Of a DNA stretch of 64,000 nucleotides, positions 40,729 through 50,746 are shown one piece after another. Under the pieces are notes generated by a model. It was not told the origin of the DNA and searched no databases. It was given only the letters and a program-made list of their open reading frames with translations. Numbering within the stretch: the stretch's first letter is position 1; every line of letters begins with the position of its first letter. The DNA comes from an uncultured delta proteobacterium (GTDB taxonomy: Bacteria > Myxococcota_A > UBA9160 > SMWR01): positions 1 through 64,000 of the forward strand of contig CAWHTE010000005.1 of NCBI GenBank assembly GCA_963832165.1, read 5' to 3'. The position numbers and the translations under genes are program-made.

Positions 40729-41718
40729 CTAGTGCAGTGCGCCCTTCTTCGTGGCTGCAGGCGCCGGCTCGGGCGCCGCGGCCGGCTTGGCGGCGCGCGC
40801 CTCGCCGGTCTTCTTCTGGAGCAGCTTGTCGAGCTCCGCTTGCGCCTTGCGGACGTCGCCCTCGTACTTGAGGATCACGTTGAAGGTCTGGTTCACGAGC
40901 TCCGCGTCGAGCTCCTGGGCGTTGAGCGCGAGCAGTGCGCGCGCCCAGTCGAGCGTCTCGCTGATCGACGGCGTCTTCTTCAGGTCGAGCTGGCGCAGCC
41001 GATGCATCATGCCCACGAGATCGTCGACCAGCCCCGCGGCCACGCCGGGCACCTTCGTCTCGAGGATGCGCTTCTCGAGCTCCTCGTTCGGGAAGTCGAT
41101 GTAGAGGTGGAGACAGCGGCGCTTGAGCGCGTCGCTCATCTCGCGCGCGTTGTTCGAGGTCAGGAACACGAGCGGCTTGCGCTTGGCTTCGATCGTGCCG
41201 AGCTCGGGCACCGTCACCTGGAAGTCCGAGAGCACCTCGAGCAGGAACGCCTCGAACTCGGGGTCCGACTTGTCGACCTCGTCGATCAGCAGCAGCACCG
41301 GCTCGTCCGAGGTGATCGCGGTGAGCAGCGGGCGCGGCACGATGAAGTGGTCGGAGAAGAAGACGCTGTCCTCCTTGCCGACGCGCTCGGCGGCCTCGCG
41401 CAGCGTAGAGGCCCCGGCCATCGCCTCGGTGAACCTCTCCTTGAGGATCTGCGTGTAGAGCAGCTGCTTCGAGTACTCCCACTCGTAGAGCGCCTTGGCC
41501 TCGTCGAGACCCTCGTAGCACTGCAGGCGGATCAGCTTCCGGCCGGTGGCCTTCGCGACCACCTTCGCGAGCTCGGTCTTGCCGACGCCGGCCGGCCCCT
41601 CCACGAGCACGGGCTTCTCGAGCTTGGCGGCCAGGAACACGACGGTCCCGATCTTCTTGTCACCGATGTAGTCCTGCGCCGTGAGCTGCTCGAGGACGTC
41701 GTCAATCGAATCGAACAT
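40729..41718 (-). CDS. MoxR-family AAA+ ATPase (CoxD-like)
   Basis: EGPAGVGKT, RLQCYEGLDE, LLIDEVDK, LSDFQVTVPELG, SDALKRRC. Confidence 0.93.
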   Translation of the reverse strand: MFDSIDDVLEQLTAQDYIGDKKIGTVVFLAAKLEKPVLVEGPAGVGKTELAKVVAKATGRKLIRLQCYEGLDEAKALYEWEYSKQLLYTQILKERFTEAMAGASTLREAAERVGKEDSVFFSDHFIVPRPLLTAITSDEPVLLLIDEVDKSDPEFEAFLLEVLSDFQVTVPELGTIEAKRKPLVFLTSNNAREMSDALKRRCLHLYIDFPNEELEKRILETKVPGVAAGLVDDLVGMMHRLRQLDLKKTPSISETLDWARALLALNAQELDAELVNQTFNVILKYEGDVRKAQAELDKLLQKKTGEARAAKPAAAPEPAPAATKKGALH

Positions 41719-41745
41719 GAAGTCTCCGTAGGGCTGGGAAACGCC

Positions 41746-43014
41746 TCAACTCATCAGATGAAGGACGTGACCGAGCTTTTCTTTCTTGGTGCGCAGATAC
41801 TCGAGATTCTTCTCGTTCGGTGCGATCTCGAGCGGCACGCGGTCGACGATCGTGAGGCCGTAGCCCTCGATGCCCGCGCGCTTGCCCGGGTTGTTCGTGA
41901 TCATGCGCATCTGGCGCACCCCGAGGTCCACGAGGATCTGGGCGCCGACGCCGTAGTCGCGCAGGTCGGCCGGGAAGCCGAGCCGCTCGTTCGCCTGGAC
42001 CGTGTCGAGGCCCTCGTCGTCCTGCAGCCCGTAGGCGCGGATCTTGTTCTTGAGCCCGATCCCGCGCCCTTCCTGGCGCATGTAGAGCAGCACGCCCTGC
42101 CCCTCGCTCTCGATCAGCTTCATCGCGGCCTCGAGCTGCTCGCCGCAGTCGCAGCGCATCGACCCGAACGCGTCGCCGGTCAGGCACTCGCTGTGCACGC
42201 GCACGAGCACCGCGTCGTCGGGGCCGATCTCGCCCTTCACGAGCGCCATGTGATCGATGTGGTCGATGTCGTTCTCGTAGACGATGCACTTGAACTCGCC
42301 GCCCGCGTGCGTGGGCATCATCGCGACCGCGGCGCGCCGCACGAGCTTCTCCTTGCGCAGCCGGTACTGGATCAGGTCCGCGATGCTGACGATCTTCACG
42401 CCGTGCTGGCGCGAGAACTCGATCAGATCGGGCATGCGCGCCATCGTGCCGTCGTCGTTCATGATCTCGCAGATCACGCCCGCGGGCGTGAGCTCGGCGA
42501 GCCGCGCGAGATCGACCGAGCCCTCGGTCTGCCCCGCGCGCCGCAGCACGCCGCCCGGGCGCGCGCGCAGCGGGAACACGTGGCCCGGCCGCGCGATGTC
42601 GGTCGGCTTCGCGTCGGGAGCGATCGCGGTGAGGATCGTCGTGGCGCGGTCGGCCGCGGAGATGCCCGTGGTCACCCCGCGCCGCGCCTCGATCGACACC
42701 GTGAACGCGGTGCCGAAGCCCGAGGTGTTCTCCCAGTCGGGCACCATCATGCCGAGGTTGAGCTTGTCGAGCTGCTCCTCGGTCATCGACAGGCAGATCA
42801 GGCCGCGCCCGTAGCGGGCCATGAAGTTGATCGTCTCGGGCGTGACCTTCTCGGCGGCGACGCAGAGGTCGCCCTCGTTCTCGCGGTCGGCGTCGTCGAC
42901 CAGGATCACGAGCTTGCCGGCGCGGATGTCGGCGACGGCCGCTTCGACAGAAGCGATCGCAGCCCGGATCTGCTCCGGGTTCTGCGCGAGCTGAAGCTTG
43001 GGCTTTTGGGTCAT
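41746..43014 (-). CDS. ribBA: Bifunctional DHBP synthase / GTP cyclohydrolase II
   Basis: [59 protein letters not shown]. Confidence 0.97.
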   Translation of the reverse strand: MTQKPKLQLAQNPEQIRAAIASVEAAVADIRAGKLVILVDDADRENEGDLCVAAEKVTPETINFMARYGRGLICLSMTEEQLDKLNLGMMVPDWENTSGFGTAFTVSIEARRGVTTGISAADRATTILTAIAPDAKPTDIARPGHVFPLRARPGGVLRRAGQTEGSVDLARLAELTPAGVICEIMNDDGTMARMPDLIEFSRQHGVKIVSIADLIQYRLRKEKLVRRAAVAMMPTHAGGEFKCIVYENDIDHIDHMALVKGEIGPDDAVLVRVHSECLTGDAFGSMRCDCGEQLEAAMKLIESEGQGVLLYMRQEGRGIGLKNKIRAYGLQDDEGLDTVQANERLGFPADLRDYGVGAQILVDLGVRQMRMITNNPGKRAGIEGYGLTIVDRVPLEIAPNEKNLEYLRTKKEKLGHVLHLMS

Positions 43015-43104
43015 AGGGGGCAGGCCACCATCCGTCAGTCCAGACCCCGTGTTCCGAAAGCGGGGTTCCGGCGGGCGCGCGGGGTGTACCTGGGCGGGTT
43101 CCGC

Positions 43105-43133
43105 ACCGTATCAATGGCGGAATTCGGTGTCAA
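43105..43133 (-). promoter_or_regulatory. sigma70 promoter of ribBA
   Basis: TTGACA-17 nt-TACGGT with a TGn extended -10. Confidence 0.6.
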
Positions 43134-43358
43134 ACCTGCGCATTGTTTGGGCATTTGTGCAATCGCAGCGCCCGCGTAGCCGCAGCCCCTGCCCTCACAC
43201 GGCCATCGGCCACCGTTGCTTTCATGTCAGAGTTCCCTTCGCGCTGCAGCTTCTACAAGCGAGAGCTGGTCTCGGCGCGCTGTGCAGCTCCCGCCGGATT
43301 CCCCTCCCCGGCATATCGATTGCACGCGTTGCGTTTCATCGAAACCGAGGAGGGAGTC

Positions 43359-43803
43359 ATGCTCGTACAGGAGATTATGACGAGTGATCCCGTGTGCTGT
43401 ATGCGGGATCTTCCGCTGAAGGACGTCGCGCGCCTCATGGTCGAGAACGACTGCGGTGGCATCCCGGTCGTCGACGACTTCGAGAGCGTCCGGCCGATCG
43501 GCATGATCACCGACCGCGACATCGCGTGTCGCGTGGTGGCCAAAGACCAGAATCCGCTCGAGCTCACGGTGGGCGACTGCATGACCGAGCCCTGCGTCAC
43601 GCTCGAGCAAAACGCGAGCGTCGAGAGCGTGCTGCGAGGCTTTCGAAGAGAATCAGATCCGGCGCGTCGCGATCGTCGATCACGCCGGGCGGTGCTGCGG
43701 CATCGTCGCGCAGGCCGACCTCGCCGAGTGGGCACCCGATCCTCAGGTGGCCGAGGTGGTGCGCTCCGTTTCGGAGCCGACCGATACGCCGTCCAACCTC
43801 TGA
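43359..43803 (+). CDS. CBS-domain pair protein (frameshift near 43635)
   Basis: VQEIMT...DCGGIPVVD...GMITDRDI; second frame ENQIRRVAIVD...GIVAQADLA. Confidence 0.85.
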
Positions 43804-43811
43804 TCGGGTCG

Positions 43812-44300
43812 GACGAACGCAGCCGGACGCGTTCTCCAGGTTCGAAGAGCGCCGTCCAGTTGTCGCTCGGGCCGTGCCGTTGATGAGGAACGTATACGTG
43901 GAACCCGTGACGTCGGAAACGTCGGTGGGGTCCATGCGCATCTGCGCCCAGTGGAAGCGGTCCGCGAGCGGCTGGTCCTCGCGCGCGACAGGCTCGCAAG
44001 CGTCTGCTTCTGTCGATTGAAGTAGCCCGGTTGCGCCTTGAGCTTCCGGAAGATCGTGTGCGGGTGCAGGAAGCTCCAATCGACAGCACGACCACGTATT
44101 CGCGGTCCGACGCCACGGGATCGCGTCAGCCGGTCGATCACGATCGGGCCGTAATGGCCCATCTGTTCTGGAGGTCGGAGTGGCTGTGATACCAGTAGGT
44201 GCGGATTGCCGACGTCGTTTCGTAGACGAAGGTCGTGCGCGGCTTGATCCCCGGAAGCTCCGCCGGGAACGCCGTCCATCTGGAACGGCAGGATCACGCC
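43812..44300 (-). pseudogene. Internal fragment of a CopA/PcoA-type copper-resistance multicopper oxidase
   Basis: Across frames: GVILPFQMDGVPG, TYWYHSHS, QMGHYGPIVID, REYVVVLS, MRMDPTDVSDVTGSTYTFLING, NWTALFEPGERVRLR; no start or end; many indels. Confidence 0.85.
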
Positions 44301-47300
44301 GGGAAGCGACCGCCGCTTCCAGAGCGCGAACAGCGCGGGATAGACCAGCAGTTCGAGCGCGAACGAGCTCGCGAGCCCGCCGACCATCGGCGCCGCGATC
44401 CGCTTCATCACGTCCGCGCCGCTGCCGCTGCTCCACAGGAGCGGGAGGAGGCCCGCCGTCATCGCGACCACGGTCATGAGCTTGGGCCGGATCCGGCGCG
44501 CCGCGCCCTCGACGATCGCGTCCTCGAGGTCGCGCTCGCTGCGCAGCTCGCCGCGCGCGGCGCGCTCGCCGTGCGCGAGCGTCAGGTAGAGCAGCATCAC
44601 GACGCCGGTCTGCGCGTCGAGCCCCGCGAGCGCGATGATCCCGACCCAGACGCCGACGCTCAGGTTGTAGCCGAGCGCCCAGAGCAGCCAGAACGCGCCG
44701 ATCAGCGAGAACGGCACCGCGAGCAGCACGATGCCCGTCTCCACGAGCGAGCCCGTGTTCAGGAACAAGAGCAATGCCACGAGCGCGATCGTGAGCGGCA
44801 CGACGAGCAGCAGCCGATCCTTCGCGCGCTCGTAGTGCTCGAACTGGCCCGCCCACGCGATCCGCGTGCCCGCGGGCAGCGAGACCTGCTCCGCCACGGC
44901 GCGGCGCGCCTCGTTCACGTAGTCGACGATCGGGCGCTCGCCTGATGTCCACGGCGACGTAGCCGACCAGGCGCCCCGACTCGCTGCGCACGAAATCGGG
45001 GCCCATCGCGAACGAGAAGTCGGCCACCTGCGCGAGCGGGACCTGCGCTCCGCCCGGCGTCGCCACGAGCACACGGCGCAGCGCGTCGAGGTCTTCGCGG
45101 TAATCGCGCGCGTAGCGCACGTTGATCGGGTAGCGCTCGCGGCCCTCGATCGTCTGCGACACGTTGCGCCCGCCGATCGCGGTCTCGACCACCTCGTTCA
45201 CGTCGCTCGCGCGCACGCCGTAGCGCGCGGCGTCCTCGCGCCGGATCGAGACGTCGAGGAAGAAGCCGCCCGAGAGCCGCTCGGCCAAGGCGCTGCGCGT
45301 GCCCGGGATCTGCGCGAGCACGGCCTCGATCTCGCGCCCGGCGCGGTCGATCGCGGCGAGGTCGGGCCCGAACACCTTGACGGCGAGCTGGCTGCGCACG
45401 CCGGTCGCGAGCATCTCGGTGCGCGTCTGGATCGGCATCCAGAAGATGTTCGGCATGCCCGGGTAGCGCAGCGTCTGGTCCATCTCCGACACGAGCCGCT
45501 GCCAGGTCATGCCCTCGCGCCACTGCTCGCGCGGCTTGAGCGTGATCACGGTCTCGACCATCGAGAGCGCCGGCCGGATCGGAAGACGTCTCGGCGCGCC
45601 CGATCTTGCCGAACACGCGCGCGACCTCGGGGAACTGCATGAGCTCCTGGTCCATGCGCTGCAGCACGTCCGCGGCCTCGGTGATCGACATGCCCGGCGG
45701 CGCGGTCGGCATGTACAGGATCGTGCCCTCGTTGAGCGGCGGCATGAACTCGCTGCCGAGCGCAAATACCACGGGTACCGTCGTCGCGAAGAGCAGCAGC
45801 GCCCCCGCGATCACGGTGCCGCGCCGCCGCACCACCCAGCGCACGACCGGCGCGTAGGCGCGCACGAGCGCGCGGTTGATCGGATGCTCGTCCTCGCTGC
45901 GGATCCGGCCGCGGATGAACAGCGCCGCGAGCGCGGGCGTGAGCGTCACCGAGAGCACGGCCGCGAAGCCCATCGCGTAGGTCTTCGTGTAGGCGAGCGG
46001 CTTGAACAGGCGCCCCGCGGTCGCCTCGAGCGTGAAGATCGGCAGGAACGAGACCGTGATCACGAGCAGCGCGAAGAAGACGGCTCGGGCCGACCTCCTG
46101 CATCGCGCGCAGGATCACCGCGTCGCGTGGCCCGGGCCGGCCCGCGTGCTCCCAGCCCTCGAGGCGCTTGTGCACGTTCTCGACCAGGATGATCGAGGCG
46201 TCGACCATCGCGCCGATCGCCACGGCGATCCCGCCCAGCGACATGATGTTCGCGGTGAGTCCCTGCTGGACCATCGGGATGAACGCGAGCACGACCCCGA
46301 CCGGGATCGTGAGGATCGGGATCAGCGCGCTGCGAACATGCAGGAGAAACACGAAGATCACGAGCGAAACGATCGCCAGCTCTTCGAAAAGCGTGCGGCG
46401 CAGCGTGGCGATCGAGCCCTCGATCAGCTCCGAGCGGTCGTAGGTGGTCACGACCTCGACGCCCTCGGGCAGCCCGGCCTGGAGCTCGGCCAGGCGCTCC
46501 TTCACCGCGTCGATCACGCGCAGCGCGTTCTCGCCGTAGCGCATCACCACGATCCCGCCGACCGCCTCGCCCTCGCCGTCGAGCTCCACGAGGCCCCGGC
46601 GCATCTCGGGACCGAACGACACGGTCGCCACGTCTTCGAGGTAGACCGGCGTGCCCCCGTCGCTCGCGCCCAGCGGGATGCGGCGCAGGTCTTCGAGCGC
46701 GTGCACGCGCCCGCGCCCGCGCACCGCGTACTCGTGTCCCGCGAACTCGACGACCTGCCCGCCGGCGTCCTCGTTCGACTCGCGCACGGCGCGGATCACG
46801 TCCTGGATCGGCAGGTCGCGCGCGAGCAGCTTGTTCGGGTCGACCTGCACCTGGTACTGGCGCACGAAGCCGCCCACCGACGCCACCTCGGCGACGCCGG
46901 GCACGCTCGCGAGCGCATAGCGCAGGTTCCAGTCCTGGAGGCTGCGCAGCTCTGCGAGGTCGTGGCGACCCGTGCGGTCGATGAGCGCGTACTCGAACAC
47001 CCAGCCGACGCCGGTCGCGTCGGGACCGATCACGGGCACGACGCCGCTCGGAAGCTGGCCCTGGACGCCCGAGAGGTACTCGAGCACGCGGCTGCGCGCC
47101 CAGTAGATGTCGGTCCCGTCCTCGAAGATCGCGTACACGAACGAGAGTCCGAAGAACGACTGGCCGCGCACGAAGCGGACGTTGGGCGCCGAGAGCAGAC
47201 GCGCCGAGATGGGATAGGTGATCTGGTCCTCGACGAGGTTGGGGCTCTGGCCCGGCCACTCGGTGAACACGATCACCTGGACGTCGGAGAGATCGGGAAT

Positions 47301-47414
47301 CGCGTCGAGCGCCGTGCCGCGCAGCGACGCGACACCCCACGCGGTGGCTGCGACCACGGTCAGGATCGCGAGCGCGCGATTGCGCGCGCACCACTCGATC
47401 AGGCGCGCGATCAC
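44301..47414 (-). CDS. cusA: CusA/CzcA heavy-metal RND permease (frameshifts near 46085, 45575, 44945; no stop at the expected end)
   Basis: DAIPDLSDVQVI, GPDATGVGW, NIMSLGGIAVAIGAMVD, GSEFMPPLNEG, RIRPKLMT, MKRIAAPMVGG. Confidence 0.92.
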
Positions 47415-48865
47415 CACTGCTCCAATGCGGCGCGCAGCCGACTCTCGGACGCGATCAGGAACGTGGCCGAGGTGACGATCGGATCGCCGGCCTCGAGTCC
47501 CGCGAGGATCTCGACGTCCTCGCCGCTGCGCAGCCCGACCTCCACGCGCTGCGGGCGGAATCGCCCGTCGCCGAGCGAGCGGAACACGAAGCTGCGCTCG
47601 CCCGCGTAGAGCACGGCGGACTGCGGCACGACCAGCCGCTCGCCGCGGTCGGCCTCGATCCGCACGTTCGCGTACATGTCGGGCCGCAGCGCGAGGTCGG
47701 GATTGGGCAGCGCGAGGCGGAGCCGCGCCGTGCGCGTCTTCGGGTCGAGCGTGGGATAGACGTAGGCGACGGTCGCCTCGAAGGTGTGCCCGGGCTGATA
47801 GGGCAGCGTCACGCTCGCGTGTTGCCCCTCGCGCACGAGCGACAGCTCCGACTCGTACACCTCCGCCTCGATCCACACTCGCGCGAGCGACGCGATCCGG
47901 TACAGGCGCTGTCCGGCCTCGAACGCACTGCCCTCGACGAGATTCTTCTCGACCACGTAGCCGGTCACGGGCGAGCGGATCGGCAGGTGCTCGAGCGGCT
48001 CACCGCTTTTCGCGAGCCGCTCGAGGTCGGCATCCGCGATGTCCCAGAGCCGCAGCCGGTTGCGCGCGGCGCGCACGAGATAGTCGGAGCGGTCGGGCGC
48101 GTTCGTGGCGCTCGCGCGCTCCTGGCTGCGCAGCGCCGTGAGGAATTCCTGCTGCGCCGCGTGGAGCTCCGGGCTGTAGACGCCGAACAGCACGTCCCCC
48201 TTCTTCACGGGCGCGCCGATCGCATTGGCGTGGACCGCTCCGGCCCAGCCGTTCATCTTGAGCGCGACGTCCGCGAGCGTGGTCTCCTCGGACGTGACCC
48301 GGCCGACCGCGCGCACCGCGGACACGAGCGCGCGGCGCTCGGCGGGCGCGATCTTCACGCCGATCCGCTGCAGGCGCCCGGGCTCGATCGCGAACTCGGG
48401 CGCCCCCTCGCCCTGCGGCGCCGGAGCGGCCTCCGCCGCGGCGCCCTGGAGACGCACGCCGGACGTGCCGACCGCGAGCGATCCCTGCGCGCGCGCGACC
48501 GGCCCGCCGGCCGGCTGCGCGGCGATCGCGACGTTCCAGCTGCCGGCCATGTCGAGCGCGAACTCCGCGCGGTAGCGGCCCTCTCCTTCTTCCGTCACGT
48601 GCGCGGGCCCGCCCATCGCGGGCATCGCGCCCATCGCGTGCATGACCACCTCGACGTCGACGTCGGCGCCCGCAACCGGCTTCCCCGACGCGTCGCGGAG
48701 TTCGACCCAGAGCGTGTTCTGGCCCACGCGCAGCTCGGCGGGCTCCACCGCCACCTCGATCTCGAGGCCCTGCGCGCGCACGGTCACCGGCTCGGAGCGC
48801 GATCCGCAGGCGAGGAGTCCGAGCCACACGGCACCGAGCGAGAGCCATCGAATCAGCGCGCTCAC
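47411..48865 (-). CDS. CusB-like RND periplasmic adaptor with N-terminal YtkA/FixH-like Met-rich domain
   Basis: GTG start overlaps the TolC stop; MHAMGAMPAMGG; YSPEL, IRSPVTGYV, VYPTLDPKTRT, LRPDMY, FLIASESRL. Confidence 0.88.
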   Translation of the reverse strand: MSALIRWLSLGAVWLGLLACGSRSEPVTVRAQGLEIEVAVEPAELRVGQNTLWVELRDASGKPVAGADVDVEVVMHAMGAMPAMGGPAHVTEEGEGRYRAEFALDMAGSWNVAIAAQPAGGPVARAQGSLAVGTSGVRLQGAAAEAAPAPQGEGAPEFAIEPGRLQRIGVKIAPAERRALVSAVRAVGRVTSEETTLADVALKMNGWAGAVHANAIGAPVKKGDVLFGVYSPELHAAQQEFLTALRSQERASATNAPDRSDYLVRAARNRLRLWDIADADLERLAKSGEPLEHLPIRSPVTGYVVEKNLVEGSAFEAGQRLYRIASLARVWIEAEVYESELSLVREGQHASVTLPYQPGHTFEATVAYVYPTLDPKTRTARLRLALPNPDLALRPDMYANVRIEADRGERLVVPQSAVLYAGERSFVFRSLGDGRFRPQRVEVGLRSGEDVEILAGLEAGDPIVTSATFLIASESRLRAALEQW

Positions 48866-50196
48866 CACGCCACCCCCGGAATCTCGCCGATCGCGCGGTC
48901 GAGCTCGGCGCGGCGGCGCGAGACGTCCGCGAGCGCCTGCTGGTATGCGAGCTCGACGCTGCGCAGGTTGCGCTGCGCATCGATCAGCGCGAGGAAGCTG
49001 TTGCGCCCGCTCTCGAACCCCGTGCGCGCCGCGTCGACCTGGTCGCGCGATGCGGGAAGCTGGCGGTCTCCGATCAGGTGCAGCACGTGGTGCGCCTCCG
49101 CATAGCGCGCAGCGCCGCGCTCGACGTCGAGCCGCACCTCGTCCTCGAGCGCAGCGCGCTCGCTGCGCATCTGCTCGAGGCGCGCATCGGCCTCCTCGAC
49201 CGCCGCGCTGCGCCGCGGCAGCTGCAGCGGCACGTTCATCGCGAGCCCGACCGAGGGCCGCAGCTCGCTCTCTTCCCAGAAGCGGTCGTAGCCGCCCGAC
49301 ACCGTGAAGTCGGGCCAGTACTCGCGCCGCGCGAGGTCCGCGCGCGCCTGCCCGGCATTCACGCGCGCTGCGGCGGCCGCGAGCTCGGGGCGCCGCTCGA
49401 ACGCCTGCGCCACGAGCGGATCCAGCGCGCGCTCGTCCGCGGTCGGCAGCGCCGCGTGCGCGGGCGGGGGCGGCAGCGGCGCGCGCGAGCTGCGGTGCAG
49501 CAGTGCGTTGATCTGCTCGGCCACGATCCGGCGCTGCGCCTCGAGCACGACGCGGTCGTGCAGCGCATGGGTCAGCTCCACCTCGGCCTGGATCGGATCC
49601 TGCTGCGCGGCCTGACCGGCCTCGTAGCGCGTCGTCGCGATCTGCTGGAACGACTCGAGCAGCTCGATGTGCTGGGTGTTCACTTCGAGCGAGCGCGCGG
49701 CCACGTAGTAGTCGTCGTAGAGCAGCGAGGTCATCAGCGCGAGCCGCAGACGCACCGCCGAGAAGTCGCGCTGGGCGGCCTCCGCCTCGCCGAGCGCAGC
49801 CTGTCCGCGCAGCGCGAGCTTGCCCGGGAACGGCAGCGCCTGGGAGAGCTCGAGCGTGTAGGCCTCGTCCACGCGGTGCGTCCCGAACGAGCGCGGTGCG
49901 AGCGAGCCGCCGAGCATCGGGTCGTCGAGCGCGGTGACCTGCGGATAGAGCGCCAGCGCCGCGCGCCAGGCATAGCGCGCAGCGCGCAGGCTCGGGTTGC
50001 GCTCGAGCACCTGCTGCACGAGCACGCCTCGCGGAAGCTCGACCATGCCTGAAAAGAGCTCGTCGCCCGCGTCGGCGGAGGGCGCGCTGGGCGCCGTCCG
50101 CTCCCAGTCTTCGCGGAGCGTCCGGTAACGACTCGATGAAGCGACTGCACAGCCGCACAGGGCGATGGCCAGCAGAGGCGCGATGGTCGCGCGCAT
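48862..50196 (-). CDS. TolC-family outer-membrane efflux lipoprotein
   Basis: Lipobox LCGC; ERNPSL, LDDPML, SQALPFPGKL, ERRPEL; operonic with cusB/cusA. Confidence 0.9.
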   Translation of the reverse strand: MRATIAPLLAIALCGCAVASSSRYRTLREDWERTAPSAPSADAGDELFSGMVELPRGVLVQQVLERNPSLRAARYAWRAALALYPQVTALDDPMLGGSLAPRSFGTHRVDEAYTLELSQALPFPGKLALRGQAALGEAEAAQRDFSAVRLRLALMTSLLYDDYYVAARSLEVNTQHIELLESFQQIATTRYEAGQAAQQDPIQAEVELTHALHDRVVLEAQRRIVAEQINALLHRSSRAPLPPPPAHAALPTADERALDPLVAQAFERRPELAAAAARVNAGQARADLARREYWPDFTVSGGYDRFWEESELRPSVGLAMNVPLQLPRRSAAVEEADARLEQMRSERAALEDEVRLDVERGAARYAEAHHVLHLIGDRQLPASRDQVDAARTGFESGRNSFLALIDAQRNLRSVELAYQQALADVSRRRAELDRAIGEIPGVAW

Positions 50197-50219
50197 GAAT
50201 TCCTCGCGTTCGACGTGTG

Positions 50220-50305
50220 ATGGGGCGGATCCGGCCGAAGGCCGGGCTCCGCCGATTCCGGGCGCAGAAATGGCGGATTACGCCCTTTGGGCTAATCCGC
50301 CCTAC
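50220..50305. repeat. REP doublet: degenerate + strand copy (~50220-50254) facing an intact - strand GTAG REP (50272-50305)
   Basis: GGGGCGGATCCGGCCGAAGGCCGGGCTCCGCC followed by GGCGGATTACGCCCTTTGGGCTAATCCGCCCTAC. Confidence 0.7.
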
Positions 50306-50324
50306 TGATGCCGAGCCGCGCGGA

Positions 50325-50669
50325 TCAGAGTCGTCGAACGACCGAGAGCTGCAGCGCGGAGGCGCGAGACGCGAATTCGCGCGCACGGAGAGGCGCGAGA
50401 TGGCTGGCGGGAATCGGCTCCGCGGGCCGCGGCGCCAGCGAGAGGGCCGGCGTCACGGGCTTCGCCTTCACGGGCTCGGGCGCCGCAGGCGCAGCCGGTA
50501 CGAGCTCACAGCAGTCGGAGCTCTCGATTTCACAGGCCGGATCCGCCGCGGCGGAGCGCTCGGGGCAGCACGGCGCGCACATCGCGTTCGCGAACGCGCG
50601 CACGCCAGGCAGCGCGGCGAGCGCCAGGGTCAGGGCCAGCAGCGCGGGAAGGCGCGATCTCATCGCCAT
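50325..50669 (-). CDS. Small signal-bearing Cys/Pro-rich protein upstream of the TolC gene
   Basis: Hydrophobic N-terminus; CAPCC, C, DCC; Pro/Ala-rich linker; C-terminal LSVVRRL. Confidence 0.6.
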   Translation of the reverse strand: MAMRSRLPALLALTLALAALPGVRAFANAMCAPCCPERSAAADPACEIESSDCCELVPAAPAAPEPVKAKPVTPALSLAPRPAEPIPASHLAPLRAREFASRASALQLSVVRRL

Positions 50670-50746
50670 GGAGCGGTAACAAGCCTCCGGAGCCGCGTCA
50701 ATCCAGCACAGCGCTCTTCGGAGTGCGGCCGGCGCGGGTTGAGGCC

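Noticed and set aside
43015..43104. FMN riboswitch upstream of ribBA
   Set aside because: The leader is only about 85 nt and lacks the conserved RFN sequence blocks; only a small hairpin is present
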